Origin: Terriglobia bacterium
GTDB taxonomy: Bacteria > Acidobacteriota > Terriglobia > 20CM-2-55-15
Assembly (NCBI GenBank): GCA_963664115.2
Contig: CAXWPJ010000002.1
Coordinates: forward strand, 672,001-736,000
Length of the DNA stretch: 64,000 nucleotides
Direction of reading: 5' to 3'
Numbering within the stretch: position 1 is the first letter of the stretch; the number at the start of each line of letters is the position of its first letter. Positions 20,003 to 28,827 of the stretch are shown piece after piece. The translations under genes and the position numbers were made by a program. The notes under the pieces were generated by a model that did not search any database, was not told the DNA's origin, and worked only from the letters and a program-made list of their open reading frames with translations.

Positions 20003-20323
20003 TCAAACCGGCTGCAAAGCTCCCTTCTTGTCGTGGGGATGCGGGGCTATGCGTGCGGCTTGTTTGCCGACCCGATCCTTGGCCATCTCGAGATCGTAGT
20101 GAGCCTGCAGATTAATCCAGTAGCCGTCGGTAGTGCCGAAATACGCCGACAAGAGCACGGCCATTTCAGGAGACACCGCTCGTTTTTCACGCACAATGTC
20201 GTTCACCCGGGGCCGTGGCACGTCGAGTGATTTGGCGAGCGCGTACGCAGACAGACCCACAGGCTCCATGAATTCCTCACGAAGAATCTTGCCCGGATGA
20301 GCCAGTTTGAGCTTTTTTGCCAT
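20003..20323 (-). CDS. higA: HigA-family antitoxin (Xre HTH)
   Basis: HPGKILREEFMEP.GLS...LA..L.V...R...IV..KR.VS.EMA..L...FGT...YW.NLQ..YDL. The likely start is MAKK at 20323 after GGAGGA. Confidence 0.92.
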   Translation of the reverse strand: MAKKLKLAHPGKILREEFMEPVGLSAYALAKSLDVPRPRVNDIVREKRAVSPEMAVLLSAYFGTTDGYWINLQAHYDLEMAKDRVGKQAARIAPHPHDKKGALQPV

Positions 20324-20336
20324 AAATCCTCCCTGG

Positions 20337-20618
20337 TCAATGATAGTCCGCAATCTCGACATCGAAAGCATGGCCACCCTTCCATTTGAAGCAGACGCGC
20401 CATTGCCTGTTGATTCGAATGCTGTATTGGCCCTTGCGTTCACCTTTCAGGGCCTCGAGCTGATTGGAGGCCGAAATCGACAGATCCTTGAGATTGCCTG
20501 ATGCATGTAACTGCTGCATCTTCATCAGCGCCCGTTCCTGAATATCGTTCGGAAGCTTCTTGGAATGCTCGCGATCCCAGAGCCTCCCAGTCTCCTTATT
20601 CCCGAACGATCTGATCAT
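20337..20618 (-). CDS. higB: HigB (RelE/ParE superfamily, plasmid maintenance killer) toxin
   Basis: MIRSF..KET..LW...; N.LEALKG.RKGQYSIRINRQWRVCFKW...A.DVEIADYH. Toxin-first gene order. Confidence 0.93.
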   Translation of the reverse strand: MIRSFGNKETGRLWDREHSKKLPNDIQERALMKMQQLHASGNLKDLSISASNQLEALKGERKGQYSIRINRQWRVCFKWKGGHAFDVEIADYH

Positions 20619-20626
20619 CTGACTCT

Positions 20627-20655
20627 ATGGTAACGCGTCGCATTACTAGCGTCAA
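20627..20655 (-). promoter_or_regulatory. sigma70-like higBA promoter with overlapping palindromic operator
   Basis: Minus strand TTGACG-17 nt-TACCAT lies 8 nt before the higB ATG. The palindrome GTAACGCG-T-CGCATTAC (20630-20646) overlaps the spacer and -10. Confidence 0.65.
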
Positions 20656-20879
20656 TCGCCAACTGGGGGATTTGACAGTTCCGCGCCGCCGCAAGTTGTC
20701 ACGTTTTCAGCGGAAGCGGTCTACGAGTTTCGCCCTGCGGGTCGCTCCGGTTTCGACACTCGGAATCGTGTGCTCCGTTTGTGCCCCATTGATCGGGACG
20801 TTTCAGGAACTCTATAGAACCTATTGCAAGGAATCGACGCCATTGACACCAAAAAATCAGTTTACGATTTAGGGTTAAT

Positions 20880-20922
20880 TTCCCGAGCTGGACGTCGCGG
20901 GTTCGTTCCCCGTCTCCCGCTC
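20880..20922 (+). pseudogene. 3'-half tRNA-Gly(CCC) remnant (att-like site 2)
   Basis: TTCCCGAGCTGGACGTCGCGGGTTCGTTCCCCGTCTCCCGCTC, 2 mismatches to site 1. Confidence 0.85.
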
Positions 20923-21233
20923 TTTGGAATCCGTAACTTAAAGGCCCATCCGAAATCTGTACTCCATCCATCTAGTTGTCATTTGGGTGTGGTCTGAGTG
21001 TTGGGTACTGCTTTTGTATGGTCTGAGTGGGCCCGAGGGTGGGTTGTGTGGCAAGGATTGGTTTTTTTTGAGGGACCTGAAGTGGACGTTTTGCTAGGAG
21101 AATTATTGCCAGCATCGCTTTTCAGCAGGAGGCGATGAGATAGAAAAACGAACAGCGTATGGGCCGGTATCAGTGTTTCGCTGGTGGCGGCTATCGTGGT
21201 TTCTTCATCCCCTGATCAGTCCAGGAGGTTCCA

Positions 21234-21524
21234 ATGAATAAGGGAAACTTGATAGAACGAATCGCCGAAAAGACGAATCTGTCCAAGACCACGGCCGCAG
21301 ACGCATTGAATTCTGCACTCGAATGCATCGAGACGGCACTGAGTGAAGGCGACAATGTGTCGCTTGTCGGTTTCGGTACTTTCGCAGTCTCAGAACGGAA
21401 GGCCCGGATCGGTCGCAATCCGCAGACCGGCGCTGCTCTTCAAATACCCGCGCGAAGAGTTGCAAAGTTCAAACCTGGCGCGAATCTGAAGAAGCTTAAT
21501 GGAGTCGGTGGTGGAAACGGCTAG
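21234..21524 (+). CDS. hup: DNA-binding protein HU
   Basis: MNK..LI..IA...; V.LVGFGTF.V.ERKAR.GRNPQTG....IPA....KFKPG. GGAGG RBS. Confidence 0.95.
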   Translation: MNKGNLIERIAEKTNLSKTTAADALNSALECIETALSEGDNVSLVGFGTFAVSERKARIGRNPQTGAALQIPARRVAKFKPGANLKKLNGVGGGNG

Positions 21525-21664
21525 TTTGTTTTAGCGTGCCGTTTGTAGCCCGTCAGAGCATTATGTTCAGAATGCGCTGAAAAACTAAGAGACACTTTGA
21601 AAGAGAAGGTTCGGATTGTGTTGGAGGGGTCACGAGGCGAAACGGGTGTGGACCGAACGCCACT

Positions 21665-21790
21665 TCAAGTGACCACGACGATCTTGCCTTCGGCCCGGTT
21701 CTCTACCATGCAGCGGTGCGCATCGACGGTCTCCATGAGGTTGATTACCTGACGAATTCTCGTTAACTTGACAGTACCAGTATTCAGGAT
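21665..21790 (-). pseudogene. Probable C-terminal remnant of a zinc-binding/quinone oxidoreductase
   Basis: Ends ...VDAHRCMVENRAEGKIVVVT*, typical of MDR-family C-termini. The rest of the gene is absent. Confidence 0.45.
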
Positions 21791-21974
21791 GTCGCGCGTG
21801 AGGATTGACTCGTCGGTCAAGGTGAACTTGACAGTGCGTCTTCTGCCTACCATTATCAGGCCGCGTGACGCTTCGATCGAGTTTCCGAAGGGTGCGGGGT
21901 TCGGCGGCGGACACGCCCGGCGATTTGCACCACCGCAACGCCGGGTTCACTAATTCCCTTGTGGGAGGATATTC

Positions 21975-23024
21975 ATGACGGATCTTGATCGTCGAAGCTT
22001 TCTGACAAAAGTCATCGCGTCGCTGGGTCTGGCCGCAACGGCGAACGTCGACTCTCTGGCAGCGGCTGCTCAGGTGGCGCCTGCCGCGACCAACCGTATC
22101 GACGTGCACCATCATTTCTCGCCGCCGGCCTGGATTGCTGAAGTCTCAGGACGGCCCCTGCTCAACCCGGCAAACCCGAGATGGACGCCCGAGCAATCGA
22201 TTGAGGACATGGAGCGGGGTAACTGCGCGGCCGCCATGATTTCCATCACCAACCCGGGCTTGTACTTCGGTGATCGAGCGGTGACGCGTGACCTGGCTCG
22301 CGCATGCAACGAATACGGCGCGGAGCTGGTGCAAACCTATCCGACCCGCTTCGGTCTGTTTGCCGCCATGCCGTTGCCCGATGTGGACGCGACGCTGGCC
22401 GAGATCGAGTACGCCTATGACACGCTGAACGTGGACGGCATCGGCCTGATGACGAGCTACGACGAGAACATCTGGCTGGGCACCCCGGCGTTCCGGCCCG
22501 TGATGGAGGAGCTCAACCGGCGCAACGCCGTGGTCCACGTTCACCCGACGGCCGCCAACTGCTGTCGGAACCTTTCATATGGCGTGAATCCGGGGAGCAT
22601 GGAGTACGGGACCGACACGACCCGCGCCATCGTGGGCGTGTCTTTCAGCGGCGACGCGGCAATGTTTCCCAACATTCGGTTTATCTGGTCGCACGCCGGC
22701 GGGTCGCTGCCGTTCTTGGCCGGCCGCATCCACCGAGCCTCGCGCAACGCCACCGACCGCCTGCCGAACGGCTTTCTGCAAGTCGCCAGCCAGTTCTATT
22801 ACGACACGGCAGGAGCCGCTAATCGGGGCGCACTGGTTTCGCTGCTGGAACTCGTGGGGACGGACCACGTCATGTTCGGGACCGATTTTCCGCCGGGTGG
22901 GACCATACAGGCGATGGCCGAGGCCCTGCGGACACTGAACCTCTTCAACGACAGCGATCTCAGGGCGATCGAGCGCGACAACGCGGTGCGGCTCATTCCA
23001 CGACTCAGGAACTCGATTGCGTGA
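21975..23024 (+). CDS. Amidohydrolase_2 family protein (decarboxylase-like) with Tat signal
   Basis: Twin-Arg DRRSFL; IDVHHH, VHVHP, SHAGG.LPFL, FYYDTA, MFGTDFP. Confidence 0.88.
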   Translation: MTDLDRRSFLTKVIASLGLAATANVDSLAAAAQVAPAATNRIDVHHHFSPPAWIAEVSGRPLLNPANPRWTPEQSIEDMERGNCAAAMISITNPGLYFGDRAVTRDLARACNEYGAELVQTYPTRFGLFAAMPLPDVDATLAEIEYAYDTLNVDGIGLMTSYDENIWLGTPAFRPVMEELNRRNAVVHVHPTAANCCRNLSYGVNPGSMEYGTDTTRAIVGVSFSGDAAMFPNIRFIWSHAGGSLPFLAGRIHRASRNATDRLPNGFLQVASQFYYDTAGAANRGALVSLLELVGTDHVMFGTDFPPGGTIQAMAEALRTLNLFNDSDLRAIERDNAVRLIPRLRNSIA

Positions 23025-23218
23025 TGTGATCTGTGGCGTTGCGTGTCCTCTGCTGTGCGCCTGCAACCAAAACAGCGACACGATCATCAATTTTAGTGTC
23101 GATCAGGCGACCGGCTCGTTGGCGACTCCTGTGCCGGATCTGCGGCAGCAAGGTGTTGTACAATCGAAACTCCTGATCACGAGAAAGTGAGACATACAAA
23201 GAGAGTGAGACACACGAC

Positions 23219-24049
23219 ATGATAGAAATTATCGACAGCGAGCAAAAAACCAGGACCCCGATCGAGGAAGGGCAGGTGAGGAAGGTTCTCGATCCATCCG
23301 AGGACGGAACCCGGGTTCAGGTCGCCCTCAAGAACGTGGAGCCGGGCAAGACATCTCGCCTGGCTGCCAGTGACAGGACGCAGGTCGTCTACATCCTGGA
23401 AGGGACCGACGCCAAGCTTACCTACACGAGGGCCGGCACCACGACCGAGCACACCGCAGGGCGGCGGGCCGGCGTCTATCTGGAGCCCGGCGAGGAAGCG
23501 ACCGTCACCGCGTCTGAAAGCGGGCTGAGTCTTCTGCTTGTCAACGTGCCGAAGTACACGGGCAAGGCCACGGACGACGACTCACCGGCCGGCTACTTCT
23601 TCGAAGAGGCGCAACTCAGGTCGCTGATCGACGAGCGAAGTATCCGCGAGCGGACCTTCTGGGTGAACAAGGAAACGGGCATGTCCGGCTCCTGGGACCT
23701 GCAGCTCGGCCGCATGCGCTATGAACCACTTGCCGCCTCTCCCCGGCACGTCCACGTAGCCTCGGAGACCAGCTCGATCCAGCCGGAGCATTTCTACTTC
23801 ATCGAAGAAGGCACTGGAGAAGTGAAGCATGACACCGGCAGTCTTCCCGTGGGTCCCGGAAGCCTGGTGTTCATCCCGGCGGGCGAATGGCATCAGCTGA
23901 TCGCGTCCGAGACGGGATTCGATTACATCGAATTCCAGGCACCTTTCGACTTCGCCAGCACCATGGATGCCGATCCTCTCGGGAAGAACTGGTATATCAA
24001 GGGGACCGACGACGGAACAGGCAAGCCTGAGCTCTGGGTCCAGAGCTGA
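23219..24049 (+). CDS. Bicupin-like protein
   Basis: C-terminal cupin motifs PRHVH...EHFYFIEEG.G and PGSLVFIPAGEWHQ. The N-terminal half looks like a degenerate cupin. Confidence 0.7.
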   Translation: MIEIIDSEQKTRTPIEEGQVRKVLDPSEDGTRVQVALKNVEPGKTSRLAASDRTQVVYILEGTDAKLTYTRAGTTTEHTAGRRAGVYLEPGEEATVTASESGLSLLLVNVPKYTGKATDDDSPAGYFFEEAQLRSLIDERSIRERTFWVNKETGMSGSWDLQLGRMRYEPLAASPRHVHVASETSSIQPEHFYFIEEGTGEVKHDTGSLPVGPGSLVFIPAGEWHQLIASETGFDYIEFQAPFDFASTMDADPLGKNWYIKGTDDGTGKPELWVQS

Positions 24050-24111
24050 GCGTCCGGCGACTCTGCCCTTATGATCGGTGTCGAGCTGGCGTAGGGGATT
24101 CGCGTCCAAAT

Positions 24112-24155
24112 TTCTTCAGCTCGACGTCGCGGGTTCGATCCCCGTCTCCCACTCC
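24112..24155 (+). pseudogene. Degenerate 3'-half tRNA-Gly remnant (att-like site 3)
   Basis: TTCTTCAGCTCGACGTCGCGGGTTCGATCCCCGTCTCCCACTCC. The T-arm is identical to site 1 and the anticodon region is mutated. Confidence 0.75.
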
Positions 24156-24238
24156 GGAATCCCGTCGCATGGACAGTGTGTTCAGGCTGTGCTCTTTAGA
24201 AGTGTGCGCGTGTCCGTTTTCCTCGATCTGACCGGCCA

Positions 24239-25420
24239 GTGAATACAACAGAGCAATTCTTCGCCCCCTGCCCCAGAGGTCTTGAGACCGTTCTCGCATC
24301 GGAACTCGAGGCCCTCGAAGCCGAAGCTGTCAAGGCGGTGAAAGGCGGCGTTGGGTTCAGAGGTCCCTTTTCGATCTGTTACACGATCAACCTCGAAAGC
24401 CGCATCGCCAGCCGTGTGTTGTGGCGAGTGGGTTATGCGCGCTACAGTTCCGAGAAGGACATTTACGAAGCGGCGTGTGGTGTGGAGTGGTGCGATTGGT
24501 TCGATGCGAGCCGGACCATACGGGTCAACGTTTCTGCGATCAGGAGCCCGCTCCAGAGCCTGGATTTCACAACCTTGCGAATCAAAGACGCGGTGTGTGA
24601 TGTCTTCCGCGCAGTGACCTCAAGACGCCCGGACGTGAACACTCGAAACCCGGATGTGCGCATCCATGCTTTCCTGACGGCCAACGAATGCACGTTCTAC
24701 CTCGATACTTCAGGCGAGGCGCTGTTCAAGCGCGGCTATCGTGTGGGCAGGGGCGAGGCGCCGATGCGGGAAAACCTGGCGGCCGGCATCCTGCGCCTGA
24801 TCGCTTGGCAGCCCGGAGTGGCGCTGTTGGACCCGATGTGCGGGGGCGGCACTCTTCTGACGGAGGCCGCCATGATAGCCGGCGACATGGCGCCGGGTGG
24901 GTACCGCCGCTTTGGATTTGAAAAGCTCAAGGTTCATGACGCCCGGGCCTGGCAATCCCTGCGTGACCGTGTATGTGCACGGAAGAAGACCTTGAATGAA
25001 ATCGCGATCTACGGCAGCGATCAGAGTAGCGACGCCATCAATTTGGCACACGAGAATCTCGCCGCCCTGGGCATGGAGAAGGGCGTCAGCCTGAAACGCG
25101 TGAACGTACTCGAAACGTCGCCACCGGTCCCATCCGGTCTCATCGTCACCAACCCGCCCTATGGCGTGCGTATGGATGAAGAGAAACGCCTGGCTGAGTT
25201 TTATTCCCAGCTTGGCAACGTCCTCAAGAAGAAATACAGCGGCTGGACGGCCTATATCCTTACTGCCGACATGCGATTGCCCAAATTGATCCGCTTGAAT
25301 GCTTCTAAACGGACTCCGCTGTTCAACGGAGCCCTCGACTGCCGGCTGTTCGAGTTCAAATTGGTGGCCGGGAGCAACCGAAAGCCCCGAACAGCGCTGA
25401 CCCCGGCCGAGCGCGGCTGA
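24239..25420 (+). CDS. rlmL: THUMP-domain rRNA methyltransferase (RlmL-like)
   Basis: CPRGLE; YLDTSGE.LFKRGYR; APMRENLAAG; LLDPMCGGGT; IVTNPPYGVR; LFNGALDC. Confidence 0.85.
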   Translation: MNTTEQFFAPCPRGLETVLASELEALEAEAVKAVKGGVGFRGPFSICYTINLESRIASRVLWRVGYARYSSEKDIYEAACGVEWCDWFDASRTIRVNVSAIRSPLQSLDFTTLRIKDAVCDVFRAVTSRRPDVNTRNPDVRIHAFLTANECTFYLDTSGEALFKRGYRVGRGEAPMRENLAAGILRLIAWQPGVALLDPMCGGGTLLTEAAMIAGDMAPGGYRRFGFEKLKVHDARAWQSLRDRVCARKKTLNEIAIYGSDQSSDAINLAHENLAALGMEKGVSLKRVNVLETSPPVPSGLIVTNPPYGVRMDEEKRLAEFYSQLGNVLKKKYSGWTAYILTADMRLPKLIRLNASKRTPLFNGALDCRLFEFKLVAGSNRKPRTALTPAERG

Positions 25421-25426
25421 CTTCGA

Positions 25427-26326
25427 ATGCCAAAACCGAATGATGGCGACCCGCCGGTGCCTCCGCCTTCTCGCCTGTACCTTCCCAAGCTGGAATCTCC
25501 TCCCGCGACGATACTGGAACACCTGATCGGGCATTTCCCTCGAGTGTCCCCCGAAACATGGCGCAGCCGGAGCGCGCGCGGGGTGATCACGACGGATCAT
25601 GGTGACCGCGTCACCGAAAACACGCCGTATCGTCACGGCATGACGATCTTCTATCGGAGGGAGCTTGCCTCAGAACCGGAGCCGTCCGAGGAAGAGACTG
25701 TTCTTTACAGGGATGACGAGATCCTCGTCGCCGACAAACCCCACGGGATGGTCGTCACGCCTGCGGGCGACCATGTCGAGCGCTCGCTGCTGGTTCGTCT
25801 CCAGAGGCGAACCGGCTTGAACACGCTCGTACCCGTACACCGGCTGGACCGGGAGACTGCAGGGTTAGTTCTGCTGAGTGTGAATCCGAATACGCGTTCG
25901 CAATACCATGCGCTGTTCGCCGATCGGACTATAGCAAGGGAGTACAGCGCTGTGGCGCACCTTGACGGTGTACCAGCGAAGCGAGCGTGGCACGTCAACA
26001 ACCGGATAGAGGCCGGCGAACCGTGGTTCAGGAAACGGGTGGTCGACGGGCCGCCGAACGCTGTTACGGTCATCGAGCTTGTCGACGCCGGGAAAGGCGT
26101 CGGGCTCTTTCGGATCCGGCCAAAGAGCGGGAAGAAGCACCAGATCCGGGTCCATATGGCGTCGATTGGATTTCCAATCGCCGGCGACCGACTCTACCCC
26201 GAAATAAGGGACGGGAACGACAGTGAATTACCGCTGCAGCTGCTCGCGCGAGGCTTGGAGTTTTCCTGTCCGTTGAGCGGAGACTCCCGGAAGTTTCAAT
26301 CGGCAAGAGAGTTGGTGTGGAGGTGA
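25427..26326 (+). CDS. RluA-family pseudouridine synthase
   Basis: VADKPHG; HRLDRETAG (catalytic Asp); SGKKHQIRVHM; GDRLY. Confidence 0.92.
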   Translation: MPKPNDGDPPVPPPSRLYLPKLESPPATILEHLIGHFPRVSPETWRSRSARGVITTDHGDRVTENTPYRHGMTIFYRRELASEPEPSEEETVLYRDDEILVADKPHGMVVTPAGDHVERSLLVRLQRRTGLNTLVPVHRLDRETAGLVLLSVNPNTRSQYHALFADRTIAREYSAVAHLDGVPAKRAWHVNNRIEAGEPWFRKRVVDGPPNAVTVIELVDAGKGVGLFRIRPKSGKKHQIRVHMASIGFPIAGDRLYPEIRDGNDSELPLQLLARGLEFSCPLSGDSRKFQSARELVWR

Positions 26327-26470
26327 GACCAGATTCCAGCATCGAGGCAAGTATCTATTCTAGGGCCGTTTTAGATGTGATAAGAGTAGCTCGACATCGA
26401 AAAGTCGAGGACCGGACGTGGACGGAAGCGGATGGTTTTATCGAACGTTGAGCGACAGTTGGAGGCAAAC

Positions 26471-27523
26471 ATGAGTCGGACGCGCATCGTAGGGGCGGGG
26501 ATCATCGCACTGTGGGTTGGATTGTCATTTGCGGCAGCTGCCAATGCGCAGACCATATTCACGACCGAGGATTTTCGCCAGGATCGCGAGCACTGGACCG
26601 ATCCCGCCTATTACAGGAACAACACGGCCCGGGAGTTGACGGACATGCAGGTCAACAACCGGTATGGGGAAGAGGGCTCCGGCACAGACAATTTCGAAAT
26701 TAAGAGTCCATATCCCTACCCGACTGCCGAGGAACACTATGCGGCCTGGCTCGAAGCTGCGAACGGTGGAACCAGCCACACGCTTCAAACCTTGCCGGAC
26801 TGGGACGGGCTCTGGGGTGGAGGTGGCAGCTGGCTTGGAAGCCGAAACATACAGGCCAGCACAATTGCTGCTGCCATGACGCCCCTGTATCAAGAGTATT
26901 ACGTCCAGCAGGTCAAAGCCGAGGCTGAAGGCCGTCATTGGTGGGCCGCAGCGTTTTGTCTTCCCGACGGGTTAATCCGTGCCGTACAGCGTGCGCAACA
27001 GTTTATTGTCCGTCCGAACCAGGTCACGTTCATCAGCGACATGCTCACATCTATTGAGGTCCGCTGGATCTATACCGATAGCAGGGGGCATGCACCTGAG
27101 GACTTTCAGTTTCCGCAGTGGCTGGGCGAATCGATCGCGTTTTGGGACGGTGATGCGCTCGTCGTGCACACCAACCAGATCCGGCAGTGGAATGCCACGC
27201 ACTCGATGTTCGAATGGAGCGGCCAACTGACAACGGTCGAACGCTACGAGCGTGTCGACGATTCGCTCATTGGAGAGATTACTCTGTATGATCCGGTGGC
27301 ATTTCTCGAACCGCTGCATGCCGATTTCAGGTACAACCTTCAGACCAACCCTCAAACCCGGCCCGTCTTCAGTACGTGTACCGACACTAACGGACCGGCA
27401 AGCAATATCTATGTGAACGAAGAGGGTATTCTCGATGAGCGTACGCCGGGAACCCCCGGATATTGGGATCCCACCGATCCCCGTCCGTGGGCCGGGCATT
27501 ACGCCATAGGAGAGAACCGATAA
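26471..27523 (+). CDS. Secreted hypothetical protein, two-Cys DUF6152-partner family
   Basis: GGAGG RBS and signal peptide; PDWDGLW, CLPDG, WLGESIAFWDGDALVVHT, distal Cys (TCTDTN). Confidence 0.7.
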   Translation: MSRTRIVGAGIIALWVGLSFAAAANAQTIFTTEDFRQDREHWTDPAYYRNNTARELTDMQVNNRYGEEGSGTDNFEIKSPYPYPTAEEHYAAWLEAANGGTSHTLQTLPDWDGLWGGGGSWLGSRNIQASTIAAAMTPLYQEYYVQQVKAEAEGRHWWAAAFCLPDGLIRAVQRAQQFIVRPNQVTFISDMLTSIEVRWIYTDSRGHAPEDFQFPQWLGESIAFWDGDALVVHTNQIRQWNATHSMFEWSGQLTTVERYERVDDSLIGEITLYDPVAFLEPLHADFRYNLQTNPQTRPVFSTCTDTNGPASNIYVNEEGILDERTPGTPGYWDPTDPRPWAGHYAIGENR

Positions 27524-27601
27524 GCTGATAGAATTTGTTCAGGAGATCGGACAGGAATCGCGTCAGATCATGACAGGACACGACAAAGAAGAGAGGATGC
27601 C

Positions 27602-27970
27602 ATGAAGAAAACTGTTGTCGTAACTGGGCTGGCTATCGGACTGGCCCTCAGCACAACGACGCCGGTACTGTCCCATCATTCACACGCAATGTTCGACCAC
27701 CTCGTCGAGGTCACGATCACTGGAACCGTAACGTCTTTCTCTTTCCGCAACCCTCACGTCTTTCTGTATGTCGATGCCCAGGGTGAGGCCGGCGAAGTTG
27801 TGAGCTGGGTCATCGAAATGTCCAATATCGGAAACACGATTCGACGGGGCATCGGGGGCTCGACTTTCAAACCGGGTGACATCATCACCGTCACCATGAA
27901 TCCTCTGAAGAACGGCAGGTTTGGCGGCAACTTTACTTCGATAGCAACGGCGGACGGTAAGACTTACTAA
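27602..27970 (+). CDS. DUF6152 family protein
   Basis: Signal peptide then HHS..MFD; G.V..F.FRNPH; W.IE; KPGD.ITV..NP. Confidence 0.8.
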   Translation: MKKTVVVTGLAIGLALSTTTPVLSHHSHAMFDHLVEVTITGTVTSFSFRNPHVFLYVDAQGEAGEVVSWVIEMSNIGNTIRRGIGGSTFKPGDIITVTMNPLKNGRFGGNFTSIATADGKTY

Positions 27971-28149
27971 CAGGAGCCGGAACACCGCTCGTCCTCTACA
28001 CTCGTGCAGGCACCCCCAGCCACTGCGACCCTCAGAGTACGACGTCGCTTGTCATAAGCGCTTCATCATCGTTTCCCCGCGGTCCCTCGCCGTTCTATCG
28101 AAATGATCTTTATCATATACTGAGTCCATTACCGGAGGAGAGTGTCACC

Positions 28150-28770
28150 GTGAGAGTCCACTACGGGTTGATTCTGGTTCTTGCAGTCGGCTTGTTGTCG
28201 GTATCGACGAGTGCCGGTCAGGAACTGGAACTGTCCCGCAAGGTGATCGAAATCGAGGGACATCCCACACGGGGACCGGTGGATGCGCCCGTGACGATCG
28301 TCGAATTCGGAGACTTCGAATGTCCTTACTGTGGCGCATTGTTTACGACCCTGCAGGCGGTTCAAAGGAACTACCCGGACCAGGTTCGACTCGTGTTTCG
28401 GCAGTTCCCACTCATTTTTACGCATCAGCACGCGCAGAAGGCAGCCGAAGCGTCCTTGTGCGCCCATGAGCAAAATCAATTTTGGGCGTACCACGACTCT
28501 TTGTTCAGAGGCCAGGATGACATCGCTGTCCCGGCTTTAAAGCAGCGTGCGGTGGATATGGGCCTCGACACGGGCCGGTTCAATGAATGCCTGGATTCGG
28601 GTGTCAAGTGGGTCGATGCCGAGCACGACATCGACGACGGGGTGAACGCCGCGGTGTATAGCACGCCGACAATGTTCATCAACGGTCTGATACTCGAAGG
28701 CAGCCATCCTTACCAAAGCATCATTGAAGTGGTCGAGTCAGAACTGGAACGCATCGCCCTAAGCCGGTAA
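28150..28770 (+). CDS. DsbA-like thioredoxin-fold oxidoreductase
   Basis: Signal peptide; APVTIVEFGDFECPYC; FRQFPL; STPTMFING (cis-Pro loop). Confidence 0.9.
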   Translation: MRVHYGLILVLAVGLLSVSTSAGQELELSRKVIEIEGHPTRGPVDAPVTIVEFGDFECPYCGALFTTLQAVQRNYPDQVRLVFRQFPLIFTHQHAQKAAEASLCAHEQNQFWAYHDSLFRGQDDIAVPALKQRAVDMGLDTGRFNECLDSGVKWVDAEHDIDDGVNAAVYSTPTMFINGLILEGSHPYQSIIEVVESELERIALSR

Positions 28771-28827
28771 ACTCATGCGATCCAAATTCCAGACCTTATG
28801 ATCCAAAAACTGTAGCTTAGGGGGACC

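Noticed and set aside
19782-20006. ORF containing SGRRGSNPRRPAWE (and the similar ORFs 20699-20971 and 24069-24299)
   Set aside because: These are antisense translations of the tRNA fragments, a common spurious ORF type.
20324-20443. 40-aa N-terminal extension of HigA (and the extension of MetF at 31143-31295)
   Set aside because: Both overlap the upstream gene, and better starts exist at 20323 (RBS) and 31296 (ATGA coupling).
19827-24155. Functional tRNA-Gly genes
   Set aside because: Only the anticodon-to-acceptor 3' halves are present. No D-arm or 5' acceptor strand (GCGGGAG) lies upstream of any copy, and none ends in CCA.
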